From NCBI GenBank assembly GCA_964016885.1, contig OZ024740.1, forward strand, positions 158,100,001 through 158,164,000: a DNA stretch of 64,000 bases, in the 5' to 3' direction. This document shows, piece after piece, positions 59,208 through 64,000 of the stretch (its first letter is position 1; every line of letters begins with the position of its first letter). Source of the stretch: Eledone cirrhosa. Lineage: Eukaryota. Made by a program: the position numbers and the translations under genes. Below the pieces are notes generated by a model that was given only the letters and a program-made list of their open reading frames with translations, searched no databases and was not told the origin of the DNA.

Positions 59208-59319
59208 TATATATATATAAACACACAGACACATGTATTTTTGTGTGTTTGTGCATATGAGGTGTGTGTGCATGAAGGAATGTAGGCATGCTTATTCTCT
59301 GATGTTTCCTTATTTACAG

Positions 59320-60606
59320 GTATTGGTTTGAGTTTTATATACGGCCCTGCTGTTGTGATTGTCGGACATTATTTCAAGAAATACAGAGGGGCTGCAAACG
59401 CCATTTCATCGTGTGGTTCATGTATTGGACAGTTTTTTATGGCACCACTCGTAGCTTACAACATATCAGAGTATGGAATAAAAGGTGCATTGTTGTTACA
59501 GACTGGTATTCTTTCACACTGCTTCGTCTTTAGTTCTCTTTTGAGGCCAACTGATTTTTACCGAAAGCGTTTGGCTCAAAGTGAAATTCCTTTGGTCTAC
59601 AATGAAACAAACGTGCCTTCTTTGAATCAAAATGAGGAAGTTTCTGATGGTGATGTTACAACGAATAATTTGAAATCGATACACTTAAAGGAAGAAAGCA
59701 CCATAGAGAAAATCAGGAACCCTTCTATTAATAATCATAATAGCCTTCTGAAGATGATTCCAATGACCAGAACAATGGAAAATAGAAGGAACACGGATGT
59801 TTGTATCAAGTTCAGTCCAGTAAATACCGATGCCGCATCTATGTGTTATAGTTCTCATTGTATAAATGAAGCAGAAATGTCGCCGACCTTCCAAAACGGT
59901 AGAGGCTCAATAAGCTTACACATACAACATAGTATTAAACCGAATTATTTTGGTGACTCAATGATGGGATTCGGCTCTGCCGTTAGTCTCCAAGATGAAT
60001 CTGTATCTAATACTCATGCTAAAGCATTGATGAGCATTCGCAAAAACTCAATTTTACAAGACGACGTCCGTCAAGCAAGTTTTACCAAAGTGCCGTCCAA
60101 GTTTAATCTATCAAAAATCTTTAAACCGATTTCAAAAAATATTGATTTGTCGCTGTTGAAGCTAAAGTTATATATCCTTTTTTTGTTCGGCTACACATTC
60201 GGGTGTAGCGGCAGTGGAATCATGCATTATTATTTCCCAGCACGTGCCAAAGATCTAGGACTTTCTCGTGAGCAGGGTACAATGATTCTGCTGTATTCGG
60301 GAGCTGCTGATATTGTGGCTCGAATGCTCACGTGCCTCACTGCGGATCATCCTAAAATGAATCGGACCCGATTCCTATCGTGTGTGTTAATTATCAATGG
60401 GATTTCCTGCTTAAGTATCATGTTGTTTACAACTTACCTGTCTTTTGCTATATTCACCGTTGTTTATGGTTTATGTTGTGGTGTCTTTTTTGCTCTCAAT
60501 ACCACTGTACTTACAGACTTCATAGGAGTTCACAAACTGTCTCAGGGACTCGGTATGAGTTATTTACTTTTCGGATTTACTGCTGCTGCTCTATTTCCAC
60601 TAATAG
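59320..60606 (+). CDS. SLC16/MCT-like gene, large exon (TM4-TM11 with long central loop)
   Basis: Acceptor tttacAG, donor tag|GTAAGT. GIGLSFIYGPAVVIVGHYFKKYRGAANAI (MCT YF.k.R..A motif); DIVAR in TM8. Confidence 0.93.
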
Positions 60607-61904
60607 GTAAGTTTGGTTTATTATCACAGTTCAGTTTCAGATCTTTTACGTAGAATTTATCAAGAAGAGCAAACTTAAACACATTTACACAAATATATCA
60701 AATACATACATGCATACTTATGCACCGTCCACACCGTACGCACACACACAAACATACATGTGCACATTCGCATAATTATATAAAAACGACGAGACAACGA
60801 GGGAGGTTACATGGGGTCACTGACCTGCTAAAAATAGCATTCAAATCTCCTTCATATCACACTCTAAATAGAAATGGGAAAGGAAGAGTACATTGGATAA
60901 TCTAAACTTGGATATACTAGGCTGGATAATTGATAGGATATTCATGGCTGAAATGATTTATCATCATAGAATTGTTCGATCAGCTCTGACATTCAGGGTG
61001 GTTGCACAATACTACTGCAGCACATCAGCGGGTGAAAAATGAATACTTATCAATAGAAATCATGAATGATTATGCTGTCAGAAAGCTTCACAATGAGAAT
61101 AATGTAGATAAGAAAAGTAATCTATCCTTGCGGTAACAACCGGTACATTAGCTCTCACTTCGAAGGACATGGTTTTATAATCCAAGAACATGATATACTA
61201 GTAAAAATACTATACCAGTATAGGCAGTAGAAGGGATAGCCCTGAAGATAACAATATAACAAGATATAGCAATATAGAGGGCATACTCAAACATATGAAA
61301 GTAAAAACGTAACATAAACCTAAAACCTAACAGACTCCAACTTCTTTCACCATAGCTCCCTTGCTTGTTCTTCCAGGCCATAGGAAGGCGGTGGAGTGGT
61401 TTTTACAATAGACTCAGTTGATATCCTGATTGTTTCTACACGTAATACTGTTTAACATGACTCCAGAATTCAGCAGTTCTAGTGCAAAACAGACCCAAGT
61501 AACGGTAATTCCGTTCCAGTAGAATTACCTCCAAACTGGCAATGCGCCACGGTAATACTATTAGGCCAAGGGTTTATGGAAATTATACATGGGCCCCGGA
61601 CCGATAGTTCTCTGGAATAGATAATCCAGTTAGTTTTCGAAGACACCCAGAGTGACTCACCCCGACAATATCGTGCATTTTACCCACTGGTGAAGGACTG
61701 TACGTACTTAATGATATTCCATCTGCCGAGTGCTCTGTCACAGTCTTTGACTGTACCAGGACAGCAATTTTGTCAAAGAGGCGAGATGGTGAAACTGTGC
61801 CCACAGATGTTCATCATCAAGGAAAGGCTTGAGATGTCGCTGCCTCAGAGCATGATTGCATATCATCAGTTACGGCATGCCTAGTCTCCCAATAATAATG
61901 GTTT

Positions 61905-62095
61905 TTAATTTAAACAAAAAGCAAGCACTTTTGGATGAAGGGCAAGTTGATTAAATCAACTCCAATACTTGACTGGCATTATTTTATCAACCGCCAGATA
62001 AAAAGCTAAGTTGACCTTTGAACTCCGAACGTAAAATGCCCTTACTAAATACTGCAGGCATTTTTGTCCAATACCCTAATGATACTGCCAATCCA
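61905..62095 (-). mobile_element. Diverged tRNA/Nin-type SINE
   Basis: TTTTATCAACC...AAGTTGACCT TTGAACTC...GATACTGCCAAT. Confidence 0.6.
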
Positions 62096-62219
62096 GAAGA
62101 ACAGAAATTGGTAGGAGGAGAAATGTAGATTAAATCAACATCAGAACTTTATTGGTAATCCTAATAAAATTCATGATCATGATGATGATTTAAAAAAAAA
62201 ATTCTTTCTTTCATTCTAG

Positions 62220-62365
62220 GATTGCTACGTGATGTATCAGGGACATACAATTACGCTTTCATATTGAATGGATTGCTATTATTAACCAGTGGATTCTTAT
62301 TTTCCCTTGAGAGTTGCTCCAAGAAATGGGATAGAAAATTTCAGAATAACTCTAACAATACGTGA
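62220..62365 (+). CDS. SLC16/MCT-like gene, last coding exon
   Basis: Acceptor ttcattctAG; GLLRDVSGTYNYAFILNGLLLLTSGFLFSLESCSKKWDRKFQNNSNNT* (TGA 62363-62365); typical MCT G.L.D.tG.Y motif. Confidence 0.9.
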
Positions 62366-62544
62366 AAAAAAAGCAAGAAAAATGTCAGAAAGGAATTGAA
62401 AAGTATCCATTGAACGTTTATTTTATTCATTAACTCATCACGTTTTTTTTTAATCCGTAATCACCAAACTTTTTTTTTTCTCATTATCATTCTTTTATTC
62501 TTTTAATCTTTCGTTGTTTTAATCTTTCATTATTTTATTTTATT

Positions 62545-62738
62545 GGTGGATCTGCAGTATCGGTAAAGGGTCGGACACCATGCTTTCCAGCATAGAGTTA
62601 CGTCCCTTTACAGTATGAGTTCAAATCACGCCGAGGTTAACTTTGCCTTTCATCCTTACGGGGTCGATAAAATAAAGTACCAGTAACGCACTGGGATAAT
62701 TGCTGGCTTTGTGCCAAAAGTAGAAACAATTATTATTA
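62545..62738 (+). mobile_element. tRNA/Nin-type SINE
   Basis: Close match to 13600-13762 and 35228-35415. Confidence 0.8.
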
Positions 62739-63369
62739 TTCTTTTTTTTTACTAGCAGTGCCAGTCATTGAAATGATGCAGTATCGACCAAGGCACCACC
62801 TTCTAAGAGCTTTTATTTGTCAATAACATCAATCTACACTTCAGTATTTTATTTTTGTCTGGTATTTATTTTATCAATGTCTATTTAGTGAATGGCAATA
62901 GTCACGATTTTAACGTTAAGGGGTGGAAGAATTCAACATTATTTGCATCAGTAAATATTAACTCAGACAGAACATAAACCCACACAAACACAAATGTAAA
63001 TAATACATACATGTCATCACACACACACACACACACACACACACAAGTAGAAATATAAGCTTACGCCGTATTTTGACTACCAGACCTGTCAACTCTCTCC
63101 GTCCGACGGGGAGATCTTCCACCCACTTTCGGGTGTCTTCTTTTGTGAAAATGGGTATCACTTTCATTGTGTAAAATCTCCCTATTTTGCCTTATTTCTC
63201 CCCGCTTTCGGGCACTCTTTTTCATGGTACTCCCCGTTTGGGCTTTTAGAGGTTGGCAGGTCTGGACTACAAAAGTAATCATTGATTAATTAACACAAAA
63301 TGATGATTATACATGTATCTATGTTCTCTCTTTCTCTTAATTTTTAGTCTATTTTTTCCTAACTAGTTG

Positions 63370-63475
63370 TGTTCTTTCTGTTCGTGTGAAATCCAGCTTC
63401 TCAAGATTTGTATTGAGGCAGTTACTAACATATCCCAGTGCCCCAATAATCACAGGCATAAATCTGAAAGTATAG
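63370..63475 (-). pseudogene. R4/Dong-like endonuclease fragment
   Basis: Minus: YTFRFMPVIIGALGYVSNCLNTNLEKL. Confidence 0.6.
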
Positions 63476-63642
63476 TATGCATGTATGTATGTTTTCTCTT
63501 TCTCTTAATTTCGAGTATATTTTTTTGACCGGCCACCTTCCTGGTGGCAAGGTTGTAAAAGAAAAGAAATTGTCATCCCTTGAATCGCAAGAATGTTTTG
63601 CAAATTTTGAAGGTGCCAGCTATCGCAGCCATTTGTAGACTA

Positions 63643-63688
<46 letters not shown>

Positions 63689-64000
63689 CATCATCATCAT
63701 TTAATGTCTATCTTCCACGCTCGCATGGGTTATATATATATATATATATGGTCTCAACTAGTAAGATCTCATATATATATATATATATATGAATGACATG
63801 TTACTAGTTGTACCAGTAAGACCATTGTTCCACTTAATATCCCATACTTAAGGAAAATAGAATGTAGATAATATTATAGGATATCATTTCTGATAGTCAA
63901 GTTTAAACCATTTCGATTGCTAAAATGAAAAATTAATCAGATTGAGTTAACTTCATCCAAGTCTACCTCTTCAGGTAGAAGAGCTATACCTTGATTGACA

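Noticed and set aside
59328-60653. 441-aa single-exon gene
   Set aside because: It is an internal exon (59320-60606) with clear splice sites; the N- and C-terminal helices are in other exons.
63895-63978. Minus-strand HHR (CTGAAGA...GAAA TGGTT TA)
   Set aside because: Stems I and III do not close convincingly, and it lies at the window edge.

Overview
Eukaryotic, AT-rich, microsatellite-saturated DNA. The SINE and repeat repertoire looks like a cephalopod (octopus-type) genome; this is an inference. One host gene is visible on the + strand: an SLC16/monocarboxylate-transporter-like MFS gene with four phase-compatible exons (5112-5255, 51869-52012, 59320-60606, 62220-62365). Most of the window is therefore one ~46.6 kb intron. 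The window is packed with mobile DNA: Penelope-like retroelements (RT and GIY-YIG, Naiad- and Neptune-like) sitting in (TA)n tracts, R4/Dong and Tx1-like LINE ends, Helitrons, a mariner relic and tRNA-derived SINEs. The main signal is RNA-structural. I read by eye about 25 type I hammerhead ribozyme (HHR) motifs on both strands. Many have palindromic stem III, a recurrent CCGANGA (U4C) core, or very long stem II. They lie in short non-coding 'tail + fold-back' insertions whose inversion points repeatedly fall in the ribozyme itself. A ~432-bp non-coding tandem unit with a full type I HHR looks like a non-LTR retrozyme (37291-38340; monomer at 11470-11840). Its array switches strand exactly at the predicted self-cleavage site. 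All alignments and folds were done by eye, so repeat boundaries are approximate and no activity is demonstrated.
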